NCBI GenBank assembly: GCA_963663165.1
Contig: OY760175.1
Span: 4,000,001 to 4,064,000 of the forward strand
Length of the DNA stretch: 64,000 nucleotides
Direction of reading: 5' to 3'
DNA from: an uncultured Desulfospira sp.
GTDB lineage: Bacteria; Desulfobacterota; Desulfobacteria; Desulfobacterales; Desulfobacteraceae
Positions within the stretch are counted from its first letter, which is position 1. The number at the start of each line of letters is the position of its first letter. Below, piece after piece: positions 1 through 9,879 of the stretch. Below the pieces are notes generated by a model. That model was not told where the DNA came from and did no database searches. It saw nothing but the letters and a program-made list of their open reading frames with translations. The translations under genes and the position numbers were made by a program.

Positions 1-718
1 AAAAATCACTGGATACATGTGTATTCCTCCGGAGGCACCACCTTGAAGCTACTTCACCGAAAGCGAGGCAAGGAGGCGATAGTCGATTTGAATATTATTC
101 CCCGCTATGGCGGGGTAATAATCCACGATTGCTGGGCATCATACCTGTCGTACGATCATTGTGGACATGGACTTTGTGGTTCCCATCTATTGAGGGAACT
201 GACATTTATTGTTGAATCCAATCAGTACAGGTGGGCTGCTAATATGAAAAAGCTTTTACAGGAAACTTGTCATAAAGTAGCAAAGCGGGAAGAAAAGTGT
301 TTGGCAGATAAAGAATACGCTAATTTGCAAAAACGATTCCGTAACATTCTTACACGAGGTGATAAAGAGCTGCCGGAAATCCCGCCAAAACCAAAAGGAA
401 AACGCGGTAAAATGGCCAAATCAGATGCCCATAATTTGTGGGAAAGGCTTAAAAATAATGAAGCGGCCGTTTTGCTGTTTGCCAAGGACCCATATGTTCC
501 ATTCACTAATAATCGGGCAGAACGCGATCTTCGGATGGCAAAGGTAAAACAGAAAATATCAGGTTGTTTTCGATGTCAGCAATATGCTCATGCTTATTGT
601 CGAATTTCAAGCTACCTGCAAACCATGGCAAACAAAGGCGTGAATCCTCTTGTTGCCATTCAGCTTGCTTTGGCAGGTGAAATCCCCGGTGTCGATTTTG
701 ACCGGGGTGAGTAGTTAC
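1..718 (+). mobile_element. IS66-family element, right part (transposase C-terminus, ORF open to 714) and right terminal inverted repeat
   Basis: Protein has IS66 TnpC-like motifs (IIHDCW, HGLCGSHLLREL, VPFTNNRAERDLR, KVKQKISGCFR). The DNA after the ORF ends GTGAGTAGTTAC at 718, whose reverse complement starts GTAA, typical of IS66 ends. Truncated by the window start. Confidence 0.88.
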
Positions 719-772
719 GTTTTTGAAAAAAATTGAGGCATAAGGTAACGCCCTTCAGCCTGCCCCCCTGCC

Positions 773-1798
773 TCAGTGCTGCACAAGCTTTGCAAAGCCG
801 GCGGATTCAAACTCCTCGAACCCGGTATCCGTCTTTTGAATAATCAGGCATTCCACCTGGTCCAGGCTGTTGATCATGGCGATGCCGTCTTTGATATCCA
901 TGACCATCAAGGCCGTGGCCAGGCCGTCGGCCAGGGTACAGTCCGGGGCAATGACCGAGGTTGAGACCACCTGATTTTTTACCGGGTATCCGGTTTTGGG
1001 GTCAATGATGTGGGAATAGGTCTGGTGGTTATTGACCACATAGTTCCGGTAATCCCCGGAGGTGGCAATGGCTTGATTTTTTAAAGTGACGACCCGGTAA
1101 ATCCCCTGGTTCATCTGATTCTTTTCCGGCCGGATAATACCCACGGACCAGGGTTTTCGTTTCTGATTATGGCCGGCTCCGGAAACTTCGCCCCCGATTT
1201 CCACCAAATAATCTTTAATGTCATAAGACCGCAGAAGCCCGGCAACGGCATCCACGCCAAAGCCCTTGGCAATGGAGCCAAGATCCAGGGTGACCCGGCC
1301 TGCTGCGGCCGTAAGGGTCTTTGGGGTCAGTGCCAGCTTGTCAAAACCCACCCGGCTTAAGGCAGAGGCAATCTTATCGGGTTCCGGAACCGCAAATTTT
1401 CCGGACCGGGTCCCGAATCCCCAAAGGTCCACCAGGGGCTTGACCGTCCCGTCCCAGGCCCCGCGGCTCAACTGATATATTCGTCGGGATACGGACAAAA
1501 CCGTTGAAAAATCCGGGCTGATCTCGAAAGGGGTGCCGGCCGGCTGCCGGTTGAAACGTGAAATCTCGCTGTCAGGGTCAAACATGGACAGATTCTTGTT
1601 GATCTGTTTGAGGCGTTTATCGATCCGGTTTTGCCAGGTTTCGGGAAACTCTTTTTTAGCGGTAATCAGCTTGACCGAATAAAAGGTGCCCATGGTTTTT
1701 CCGGTAACCGCGGTCTGGTGCCGGGCGGCAAGGGCGGGGCCACCGGTGAGAAGCAGGCTGGACAGGATCAGTATGGGCAGTAAGATGCGGATTTTCAT
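773..1798 (-). CDS. apbE: FAD:protein FMN transferase (ApbE family)
   Basis: N-terminal signal, TMGT, DLGSIAKGFGVD, EIGGE, ATSGDYRNY, SHIIDP, ADGLATAL motifs. Confidence 0.93.
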   Translation of the reverse strand: MKIRILLPILILSSLLLTGGPALAARHQTAVTGKTMGTFYSVKLITAKKEFPETWQNRIDKRLKQINKNLSMFDPDSEISRFNRQPAGTPFEISPDFSTVLSVSRRIYQLSRGAWDGTVKPLVDLWGFGTRSGKFAVPEPDKIASALSRVGFDKLALTPKTLTAAAGRVTLDLGSIAKGFGVDAVAGLLRSYDIKDYLVEIGGEVSGAGHNQKRKPWSVGIIRPEKNQMNQGIYRVVTLKNQAIATSGDYRNYVVNNHQTYSHIIDPKTGYPVKNQVVSTSVIAPDCTLADGLATALMVMDIKDGIAMINSLDQVECLIIQKTDTGFEEFESAGFAKLVQH

Positions 1799-1817
1799 GG
1801 ATACCCCCCCCTTAAAA

Positions 1818-1845
1818 AGGATGAAGGATGAAGGCTGAAGGATGA
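1818..1845. repeat. Tandem heptamer repeat AGG(A/C)TGA x4
   Basis: aggatga aggatga aggctga aggatga read directly. Confidence 0.8.
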
Positions 1846-2270
1846 AAAGGGCGTTGTCCGGCAGTCTTCATCGAATTTTAAGCGTTAACCAGTACGGGTG
1901 CCAAAACCCGGGCTGTTCAGAATGGTTATATAAGACTGCCGGTGTAATTTCAATATGTTGGGGGCTGTTTTCCTGGGTAACCGCATTTATAATTTAGCAT
2001 GATATTGGGATGTTGCTGGTAAATTTTTTAAATGTAAACGCCTTGCTTTCCATTACCCTGAAAAGGAAATTTTACAGGGCATAATCTTGATTTCTTGCCG
2101 CAAGTATAGAACTTGACCACCCTACCATATGTTGTGGCTGGGGAGCGGGGCAAAAAACGACGGCGAATACCACGATTGTGGTCTGCTAAAAATTGGAATT
2201 GGCAGGAATTGGAAACTCCGTGATACACGTCATATTGCTCGCCGGTTTGATGATTTCAAAAGTGTGGAAG

Positions 2271-2338
2271 TACAGGGATAGTCCGGAGCAGGCTGTCATC
2301 GAAACATTGCGTCTCGTCGTCAATGTAGTCCTCACCTC
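2271..2338 (+). repeat. 68-bp perfect direct repeat, copy 1
   Basis: tacagggatagtccggagc...gtagtcctcacctc identical to 3094-3161. Confidence 0.95.
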
Positions 2339-2493
2339 CCAAAAATTCAGTTTGATCTTGCCAACATATACATAATGCAGAAAAAATGACCAAAAGAACG
2401 CCTGTGAAAAATTAAAATCATAGGGTATATTAAGAATAGGTTTTTTTGCGGTATCATTACCGAAAACGGTTAACATAAAGACAGGACGTTTCA

Positions 2494-2742
2494 ATGCCGG
2501 AAATTACGAGATTTTACGGGATTATTATCAAACTCTTCTTTGGGGATCATCCTCCACCACATTTTCACGCTGTGTATGGTGAATACCTCGCACTTTTCGA
2601 TATTAACTCTTTAAACGTGATTGAAGGGGATCTTCCGCCAAGGGCCAGGAAATTAGTTTTGGAATGGGCTGAAAAATATCAGGCTGAATTAAAGACGATC
2701 TGGGAAACTCAAAAATTTAAAAAATTACCACCTTTGGAGTGA
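2494..2742 (+). CDS. DUF4160 family protein (toxin-like partner of a DUF4160/DUF2442 pair)
   Basis: MPEITRFYGIII...DHPPPHFHAVYGEY...GDLP...LVLEWA...W signature, 82 aa. Confidence 0.9.
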   Translation: MPEITRFYGIIIKLFFGDHPPPHFHAVYGEYLALFDINSLNVIEGDLPPRARKLVLEWAEKYQAELKTIWETQKFKKLPPLE

Positions 2743-2750
2743 TTTGAAAA

Positions 2751-3011
2751 ATGACTGTACCTAAAATAAAAACTGCGGTCGTGGCCGATCAACATACTCT
2801 CGTTATTACATTTGTTAATGGAGAGGTCAAAAAATACAATATCAGCAGGCTGTTAACTAATGAAATGTTCTCACCTCTTAAAAACCAGGCATTTTTCAGA
2901 AACGTTAAAGTGGAGCCAGGCGGATATGCTGTATATTGGGATGATATGATTGATATTAGTGAATATGAATTATGGAAAAACGGAATTTCGGAAAACCCTT
3001 CAAACGCCTAA
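2751..3011 (+). CDS. DUF2442 family protein (putative antitoxin)
   Basis: LVITFVNGEVK...F.PLK...FF..V.V..GGYAVYW.D.IDI...LW pattern; directly downstream of DUF4160. Confidence 0.88.
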   Translation: MTVPKIKTAVVADQHTLVITFVNGEVKKYNISRLLTNEMFSPLKNQAFFRNVKVEPGGYAVYWDDMIDISEYELWKNGISENPSNA

Positions 3012-3093
3012 TTGCTTCTAACAATTAGTTTCCTGAACAGAGAGCCATCAATGGCACAATCAGATTTATAATGTTTTTCAACACACCTGAATT

Positions 3094-3161
3094 TACAGGG
3101 ATAGTCCGGAGCAGGCTGTCATCGAAACATTGCGTCTCGTCGTCAATGTAGTCCTCACCTC
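3094..3161 (+). repeat. 68-bp perfect direct repeat, copy 2
   Basis: Identical to 2271-2338. Confidence 0.95.
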
Positions 3162-3241
3162 ATGTTATCTCGTATATTCTAACAGGACCTCAATAGTTTC
3201 ATTAAAATTTATCCTAAAAAGCCATTTTTAATCAGAGCAAG

Positions 3242-3326
3242 ATTTGCAGTAACGATATTTTTGTAAAATTAAGTTGACAATTGATTGTTCTTGAGTTAAT
3301 TTGCAGTAACGTCATTACGGCAAATT
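3242..3326 (+). promoter_or_regulatory. Putative sigma70 promoter of the RM/defence operon with operator-like boxes
   Basis: TTGACA (3274-3279), 17-nt spacer, TAATTT (3297-3302). ATTTGCAGTAACG occurs twice (3242-3254, 3299-3311); the second copy is the left arm of the imperfect palindrome AATTTGCAGTAAC-GTC-ATTACGGCAAATT. Confidence 0.6.
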
Positions 3327-3332
3327 GGAGAT

Positions 3333-3914
3333 ATGGTGAAAAAAAAATTAAAAGAAATAACATCTGTGCAAATGGGGTACTCGTTCAGGTCCCGTCTCGA
3401 AGCCTCTGAGGGCGGCCAAGTTGCAGTTATTCAGATGAAGGATCTTCTGGATGACAACACGGTCGGCTGTGATGGTTTGGTCAGAATCAATATGGAAGCC
3501 ATGAAAGACCACCACCTTGCGCAAAGAGGTGATCTGGTATTCAGGTCTCGTGGATCTCTAACTACGGCAGCGGTTCTTCTTGAAGATCCGGGCAAGGCTG
3601 TTGTCGCCGCTCCTTTGTTAAGGATAAGGGTAACGAGGAAGGATTTGGTTTTACCCGAATATCTGAACTGGTACATCAGCCAGCGGGATGCGCAAATTTT
3701 TTTGACCAGCCGTGCCAAGGGGACGGTTCAAAAAATGATCAGTAAGCAGGCCATTGAAGATTTGGAAGTGGCGCTGCCAAGTCTGGAAAAACAGAAAAAC
3801 ATCTTAGAGCTGGCCATGCTTATCGCGAGGGAAAAAGCCCTGCTTCATACGATGGCCGATAAGCGGGAACAATACATTTCAACAATACTGATGCAGTTTG
3901 CAAAAGGGGAATAA
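3333..3914 (+). CDS. hsdS: Short single-TRD type I RM specificity subunit (half HsdS)
   Basis: 193 aa with one TRD-like region (GDLVFRSRG, PEYLNWYI, GTVQKMI, LPSLEKQ) and one coiled-coil helix; first gene of the hsdM operon. Confidence 0.82.
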   Translation: MVKKKLKEITSVQMGYSFRSRLEASEGGQVAVIQMKDLLDDNTVGCDGLVRINMEAMKDHHLAQRGDLVFRSRGSLTTAAVLLEDPGKAVVAAPLLRIRVTRKDLVLPEYLNWYISQRDAQIFLTSRAKGTVQKMISKQAIEDLEVALPSLEKQKNILELAMLIAREKALLHTMADKREQYISTILMQFAKGE

Positions 3915-3917
3915 AAC

Positions 3918-5495
3918 ATGAGCAGCCAAATTGACCAAAAAGATATCAACAACGCGGCATGGGCGGCGTGTGACACCTTCCGGGGCGTTGTTGATCCGGC
4001 GCAGTACAAAGACTACATTCTCGTGATGCTGTTTTTGAAATACATCTCTGATGTCTGGCAGGACCATTACGAAGCGTATCAGGCGCAGTATGGCCATGAC
4101 GATGTTCGTATCCGCCGCAAGCTTGAGCGTGAACGTTTTGTTCTCCCGCAGGTGTTACTCACTGAAAAGAATGACGAAACAGGTGAAGAGACTGTTCTGG
4201 ATGAATTTCCCGCCACCTATTACAGCTTGTATGAGCGCCGGTCTGCCGCCAACATCGGTGAGTTGATTAATATTGTACTCGACCATATTGAAGAGAGCAA
4301 CAAGAGCAAGCTCGAAGGGGTGTTCCGTAATATCGACTTCAACAGCGAAGCCAACCTCGGCAAAACCAAGGATAGGAATCGTCGTCTGAAACAACTGCTT
4401 GAGGATTTCCATAAGCCACAGCTCAACATGAAGCCCAGCCTCGTTTCCGAGGATGTCATCGGTAATACCTACATCTACCTGATTGAGCGCTTCGCCTCCG
4501 ACTCCGGAAAGAAGGCAGGAGAGTTCTTTACCCCGCTGAAGGTGACCGAACTGGTGGCCAAGCTGGCAGGTCCCAAACCGGGCGATCGTATCTGTGACCC
4601 GGCCTGCGGATCAGGCGGACTTTTGATTCAGGCTGCTAAACAGGTAGACGGCCGAGATTTTGCCCTCTTCGGACAAGAATCTAACGGGAGCACATGGGCG
4701 CTCTGTCGCATGAACATGTTCCTGCACAGTTTTGACAGCGCCCGGGTTGAGTGGTGCGACACCCTGAACAGTCCGCTGCTGGTGGAAAATGACCGGCTCA
4801 TGAAATTCGACTGCGTGGTGGCCAATCCGCCGTTCTCACTGGATAAGTGGGGGGCCGAAAATGCCGATAGCGACCAGTACAACCGTTTCTGGCGCGGGGT
4901 GCCGCCAAAGAGCAAAGGCGACTGGGCCTTTATCAGCCACATGGTGGAAACCGCCCTTGAAAAGCAGGGCCGGGTTGCCGTGGTGGTACCCCATGGCGTG
5001 CTGTTCCGGGGCGCAGCCGAAGGCCGTATCCGCCGGAAAATGATCGAAGAAAACCTGCTGGATGCGGTCATTGGATTGCCGGGCAATCTGTTCCCGACCA
5101 CCAATATTCCGGTGGCTATATTAGTTTTTCACCGCTCCCGTGAAAAAGGCGGAGCCCGTGAAGAGTGCAAAAACGTCCTCTTTGTGGATGCCAGCCGTGA
5201 GTTTGTCTCCGGCAAAAACCAGAACAGCCTCTCAGATGCGCATATCGGCAAGATCCTGGAGACCTGCGCCAACCGGGTCGAGGTGGAAAAATACGCCCAT
5301 GTGGCCGAGTTTGCCGAGATTAAGGAAAACGACTTCAACCTCAATATCCCCCGCTATGTGGATACCTTTGAAGAGGAAGAGGAGATCGATATCGATGCGG
5401 TGCAGGTGGAAATTGAGGCCATCGAAAAAGAATTGGCTGAAGTCAGGGTACAGATGGCGGAAAAACTTCAGCAAATCAACCGAGGGAATGTATAA
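3918..5495 (+). CDS. hsdM: Type I RM methyltransferase subunit M
   Basis: GEFFTP, DPACGSGG (SAM binding), ANPPF (catalytic motif IV), PHGVLFRG, NLNIPRYV. Confidence 0.97.
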   Translation: MSSQIDQKDINNAAWAACDTFRGVVDPAQYKDYILVMLFLKYISDVWQDHYEAYQAQYGHDDVRIRRKLERERFVLPQVLLTEKNDETGEETVLDEFPATYYSLYERRSAANIGELINIVLDHIEESNKSKLEGVFRNIDFNSEANLGKTKDRNRRLKQLLEDFHKPQLNMKPSLVSEDVIGNTYIYLIERFASDSGKKAGEFFTPLKVTELVAKLAGPKPGDRICDPACGSGGLLIQAAKQVDGRDFALFGQESNGSTWALCRMNMFLHSFDSARVEWCDTLNSPLLVENDRLMKFDCVVANPPFSLDKWGAENADSDQYNRFWRGVPPKSKGDWAFISHMVETALEKQGRVAVVVPHGVLFRGAAEGRIRRKMIEENLLDAVIGLPGNLFPTTNIPVAILVFHRSREKGGAREECKNVLFVDASREFVSGKNQNSLSDAHIGKILETCANRVEVEKYAHVAEFAEIKENDFNLNIPRYVDTFEEEEEIDIDAVQVEIEAIEKELAEVRVQMAEKLQQINRGNV

Positions 5496-6355
5496 TGGAT
5501 CACAAGACAATTACTAAACTGATAAGTTCATTCGACACCCTTGTACACGAAATTCCAGAAGAATCCATCGAGTTTTGGTATGCCAGAGAGATCATGACAG
5601 TTCTCGGGTACGACCGATGGGAAAATTTCAGCAAGGTCATCCACAAAGCGTCCATTGCCTGTGAGACCGCAGGTGGCGTGGCTGCCAACCATTTTCGTGG
5701 CGTCACGAAAATGGTCCCTATCGGTTCCGGGGCAGAAAGACCTGTTGAAGATATCATGCTTACCCGTTATGCCTGTTATCTTATCGCCCAAAACGGTGAT
5801 CCCCGAAAAGAAGCCATCGCTTTTGCCCAGACCTATTTTGCCCTGCAAACCCGCAAGCAGGAACTCATTGAAGAGCGTCTTCGTTTGCAGGAGCGCCTCC
5901 AGGCCCGGCAAAAGCTGACTGAATCGGAAACGGAACTTTCCAGAAACATATACGAACGCGGAGTGGATGAGCGTGGCTTTGGCCGTATCCGTTCCAAAGG
6001 TGATGCGGCTTTGTTTGGTGGCAATACCACGGCAGGAATGAAGGAAAAATTGGGAATGCCTCCCGGCAGACCGCTGGCAGATTTTCTGCCAACAGTAACC
6101 ATCGCCGCCAAGAACCTTGCCGCAGAAATTACCAATTTCAATGTGCGTGAACATGATATGCAGGGGGAGTCCGCCATAACCGGTGAACACGTTCAGAATA
6201 ATACCAGCGTCCGCAATATGCTGGGTGAGCGTGGTATTAAACCGGAAGAGCTGCCGCCGGAAGAGGATATTAAAAAGCTGGAGCGGCGGGTGAAGTCGGC
6301 TGAGAAAAAGTTGATTAGGGGGTGTGAGTTGCCACAGAAGGGGGATGAGGTATAA
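5495..6355 (+). CDS. dinD: DNA damage-inducible protein D-like
   Basis: EFWYARE..LGY.RWENF, LTRYACYLIAQNGDPRKE.IAFAQTYFA.QTR, IRSKGD.ALFGG, LADFLPT motifs. Confidence 0.9.
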   Translation: MDHKTITKLISSFDTLVHEIPEESIEFWYAREIMTVLGYDRWENFSKVIHKASIACETAGGVAANHFRGVTKMVPIGSGAERPVEDIMLTRYACYLIAQNGDPRKEAIAFAQTYFALQTRKQELIEERLRLQERLQARQKLTESETELSRNIYERGVDERGFGRIRSKGDAALFGGNTTAGMKEKLGMPPGRPLADFLPTVTIAAKNLAAEITNFNVREHDMQGESAITGEHVQNNTSVRNMLGERGIKPEELPPEEDIKKLERRVKSAEKKLIRGCELPQKGDEV

Positions 6356-6444
6356 GTGATGAATGATGAATTAAAGAAAAACTCAACATTGAGCAGTTAT
6401 AACTTGCCTCTCGGCCAATCTGCATGGCTCAAGGAGATTCAGCG

Positions 6445-7728
6445 ATGATGCAACTGCGCGATATCCCAGCAGGATGGAAGTACTTAAAACTTAAAAAGTT
6501 ATTAACTCAAGATATTAAGAATGGATATTCGCCAAATTGTCCTGAGGAGCCTAATGGTAGTTGGATTTTAAGCTTAAGAAATCTAACCGGAAATGGCTTT
6601 GATCCTTCTCAGGCAAAACCGGCGCCTAAGGGCGATGTCAGAGTGAAAGATTTTTTGTTAGAGTCTGGCGATTTTTTAATAAGTCGATCCAATACGCTTG
6701 ATAAAGTCGGAAGGACAATGCTGTTTAAAGGTGAAATTGAAAATTGTTCCTATCCGGACTTGCTTATGAAATTTCGTGTCGATGAGACTCAAGTCATAAA
6801 TGAATATTTGGAAGGATATTTAAGAAGTTCAATAGTTCGGAGATACCTCCAAGGCCGCGCCTCTGGTACAAGCCATAGTATGGTGAAAATCAATAAAACA
6901 GTGGTCGGAAAAATACCTGTCATTTTGCCTTCTCATCCAGAACAAAAAGCCATTGCCGATCTGCTGTCCACCTGGGATGAGGCCATCGAGAAAACCGAGC
7001 GGCTGATTCAGGCGAAGGAAAAGCAATTAAGACAGATGTCGAGATGGTTGCTTTTTGGTCACAAAAGATTGGGGAATCAAAATAATGAGTTGGCTGATGC
7101 TCACTTTTTCAAATACCCGTCTGATTGGACATTGGTCAAAATTGAAAAAATTGCAAAGGAAGTCTCCGTACGTAATGATGAGTCCGACGAGACTGTGCTG
7201 TCATGCTCAAAATATGATGGGTTTGTCAATTCACTGGACTACTTCGGAAAACAAGTCTTCAGTAGCGATACATCCAATTACAAAATCGTTAAAAAAGGAC
7301 AGTTCGGCTATCCCTCAAATCATGTCGAAGAGGGTTCAATAGGTCTTCTTAAACACTGTGAAAAAGGCATTGTCAGTCCAATCTACGTTGTGTTTGAAGC
7401 TTCAAAAGAGAAGGTGCATTCACCGTTTTTGTACAAGCTGCTTAAAACAGACATTTATCGGCACATTTTCCAAGTCAGCACGAGCTCATCGGTTGACCGT
7501 CGTGGCAGTCTCCGCTGGGGTGACTTTTCTAAAATTAAGGTGCTGGTTCCGTCGCTTGAGGAACAACAGGAAATCTCGGAGAATCTGGCTTCAGCCCAGC
7601 ACGAAATCGACCTGCTGAAACAGCTCGCAGAAAAATACAAAACCCAAAAACGCGGTCTGATGCAGAAGATGCTCACCGGCGAATGGCGGGTAAAACCGGA
7701 AATCGTTAACCAATACATGGAGGCGTAA
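6445..7728 (+). CDS. hsdS: Type I RM specificity subunit S (two TRDs)
   Basis: Two TRDs, each followed by a conserved helix (LPSHPEQKAIADLLSTWD; PSLEEQQEI...KRGLMQKMLTG). Start placed at the ATG after RBS AAGGAG. Confidence 0.93.
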   Translation: MMQLRDIPAGWKYLKLKKLLTQDIKNGYSPNCPEEPNGSWILSLRNLTGNGFDPSQAKPAPKGDVRVKDFLLESGDFLISRSNTLDKVGRTMLFKGEIENCSYPDLLMKFRVDETQVINEYLEGYLRSSIVRRYLQGRASGTSHSMVKINKTVVGKIPVILPSHPEQKAIADLLSTWDEAIEKTERLIQAKEKQLRQMSRWLLFGHKRLGNQNNELADAHFFKYPSDWTLVKIEKIAKEVSVRNDESDETVLSCSKYDGFVNSLDYFGKQVFSSDTSNYKIVKKGQFGYPSNHVEEGSIGLLKHCEKGIVSPIYVVFEASKEKVHSPFLYKLLKTDIYRHIFQVSTSSSVDRRGSLRWGDFSKIKVLVPSLEEQQEISENLASAQHEIDLLKQLAEKYKTQKRGLMQKMLTGEWRVKPEIVNQYMEA

Positions 7729-7730
7729 TC

Positions 7731-7964
7731 ATGGCTAAAGGTAAAAATCAACACGTTGTAAAGCATCCCGATGGCTGGGCGGTAAAGGGTGAGGGGAACA
7801 GCAAAGCGACCAAGGTGACCCGCACTCAGGCGCAGGCCATTGAAAAGGCAGAGAACATTGCCAGAAACCAGAAATCGGACACCAAAATTCATGGCGTGAA
7901 CGGAAAGATTCGGGCTGGCAACAGCTATGGAAACGACTCGTGTCCTCCTAAAGATAAAAAGTAA
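7731..7964 (+). CDS. DUF2188 family small protein
   Basis: KNQHVV.HPDGWAVKGEG..KAT....TQ..AI..A..IA.NQ....IHG.NGKIR..NSYGND..PP signature. Confidence 0.88.
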   Translation: MAKGKNQHVVKHPDGWAVKGEGNSKATKVTRTQAQAIEKAENIARNQKSDTKIHGVNGKIRAGNSYGNDSCPPKDKK

Positions 7965-8243
7965 GGAGTGATTCAATGCCAATATTTATATCGCATACAA
8001 CCAGAGACGATGAATTAGCCAAAAAGGTGTTTTGGCGGTTTAACCGCATTCACAATATTACCTGTTATATCGATGATATGGATAAGGAGCTTGGAAATAA
8101 TCGGGGAAAATCGAGCCTCACTCCGTTACTGGTCGATAGGTTGCGTAAATGCGACACATTGCTTGCTGTTGTCACAGAACATACAAAAGGATCATGGTGG
8201 GTGCCTTTTGAAATAGGCACTGCACGAGAAATGCCCCGGGTTA

Positions 8244-9623
8244 GGGCCTCAGAAAAATTAATATCCACAATTCCATAGTCTGAATTCTGATTTCTATAGA
8301 CAACATGGAATCGATAGTTTATGGTCAACATGGAAGATTACATAAAAAATACAGGAGGACCATGTTTGATCATTCTAAGCACAATTTACCCAAAACTATA
8401 TCGGAATTAACGCCACCACTAAAGGATTTTCTGAATACCACTCGAAGCAAATTAAAAGGCCATGAACGGCGCCAATTCATGGCACGCGTTGTCTCCCTTA
8501 TGGGGCACGGCGGACAACTAAAGGCTGAAAGAGAACTGGGTTGGGATCGGAAAACAATAATCAAAGGGCGACGGGAAATAGAAAGCGGAGTTACCTGTGT
8601 TGATAATTTTTCCGGACGAGGCCGGAAATCGTGTTTAGAACATTTTCCGAATTTAAAAGAGGACATAACTCGTATTGTAAACCCTATATGTCAGACTGAT
8701 CCTACATTCCGTACCCAGAATTTATATTCCCCAATATCTGCGAATGAAGTATTCCGTCGATTAGTTGACGACATGGGATATGACCCTGAGAATATGCCAA
8801 CAGTACGGACTCTATCCACCATAATGAATAAATTGGGTTTTAAACTGAAGAAGGTCGCCAAAGCCAAGGTAAAAAAAAATTCCTGAAACAGACATCATTT
8901 TTGAATATGTGCATAGGACAAACCAACTAGCCGATGAAACAGATGGCGTTTTACGTATCTCAATGGACGCAAAAGCCACTATTAAAATAGGGCCTTATTC
9001 CCGAGGCGGATATAGTCGTTGCAATCTTAAAGCGGCGGACCATGATTTTAAACCCGATTCCCTTTTGAAACTTTTCGGTATCAACATACCTGCTCTGGAT
9101 GAAAATTATATGTACTTCACTGAAAGCAACATCACCTCTGATTTCATGATTGATGCGCTGGAATCACTCTGGCCTTCTTTGAACGCAAGATTCGCCCCAC
9201 ATACACTGGTGATCAATCTTGATAATGGGCCGGAAAATAGTAGCCGAAGGAGCCAATTCATTAGTCGCCTCGTGGACTTTGCCAAATCAGCATTTGTAAA
9301 TATTAGTTTGGTGTACTATCCCCCGTACCACAGTAAATACAACCCAATAGAGCGAGTTTGGGGTGTTTTGGAAAATCATTGGAAAGGCGAATTGCTGAAC
9401 AAAATTGAAAAGGTTCTCGGTCTATGTCGAACAATGACATGGAAAGGAGAAAATCCTGTCGTCAAATTAATCAAAGGTGTTTACCCGACAGGGGTACGTT
9501 TGGTCAAGTCCGCCGTGAATAATATAGAAAACAAAATTATTCGGATTCCAGGGATTGAAAAATGGGCTGTTGATATTCCATGCTATGAGGAATGAATTGT
9601 GGGTTTTAATTTTACCACATCCC
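8244..9623 (+). mobile_element. ISAzo13-family-like insertion sequence, 1380 bp
   Basis: Imperfect terminal inverted repeats (GGGCCTCAGAAAAATTAATATCCACAATTC vs reverse complement GGGATGTGGTAAAATTAAAACCCACAATTC); 3-bp TTA duplication at 8241-8243 and 9624-9626; transposase in two frames. Confidence 0.88.
8362..9595 (+). CDS. ISAzo13-family transposase, split into 8362-8886 and a second frame ending 9595 at an A9 run (8871-8879)
   Basis: AERELGWDRKTI, QTDPTFRT in frame 1; KKIPETD, RISMDAKA, DNGPENSSRR, YYPPYHSKYNPIERVWG in frame 2; RBS AGGAGG before 8362. Confidence 0.85.
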
Positions 9624-9879
9624 TTATATCGAGCTTTACACCTCTGCCGGATCGATCCTCTTATAGCTGGCAAGAGACCTTGCCGGAATACCTTCTTGAG
9701 TGGCCTCGGCTGCGCTCTGATAGCGATATAGATGTTTTTGCAAGAGAGTACAAAAAACAGTCTCTGCTGCTGGAAAAAAGCATTGGGCTTGAGAACTTCT
9801 CGCAAAGATCGGCTTCGGTGAATAATGCCCGGAACTTTGAATCTACCGTAATGAAATCATTGGGTCAGAGGAGTTATTG

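Noticed and set aside
2028..2494. Short ORFs upstream of DUF4160
   Set aside because: No recognisable motifs, and they overlap on both strands; probably spurious or a decayed remnant.
2271..3161. 68-bp repeats as a CRISPR array, tRNA/tmRNA att site or integron attC
   Set aside because: Only two copies, 823 bp apart; no cas or integrase gene; no recognisable tRNA 3' end. TTCTAAC occurs after the TA genes, but I found no matching GTTAGAA arm.
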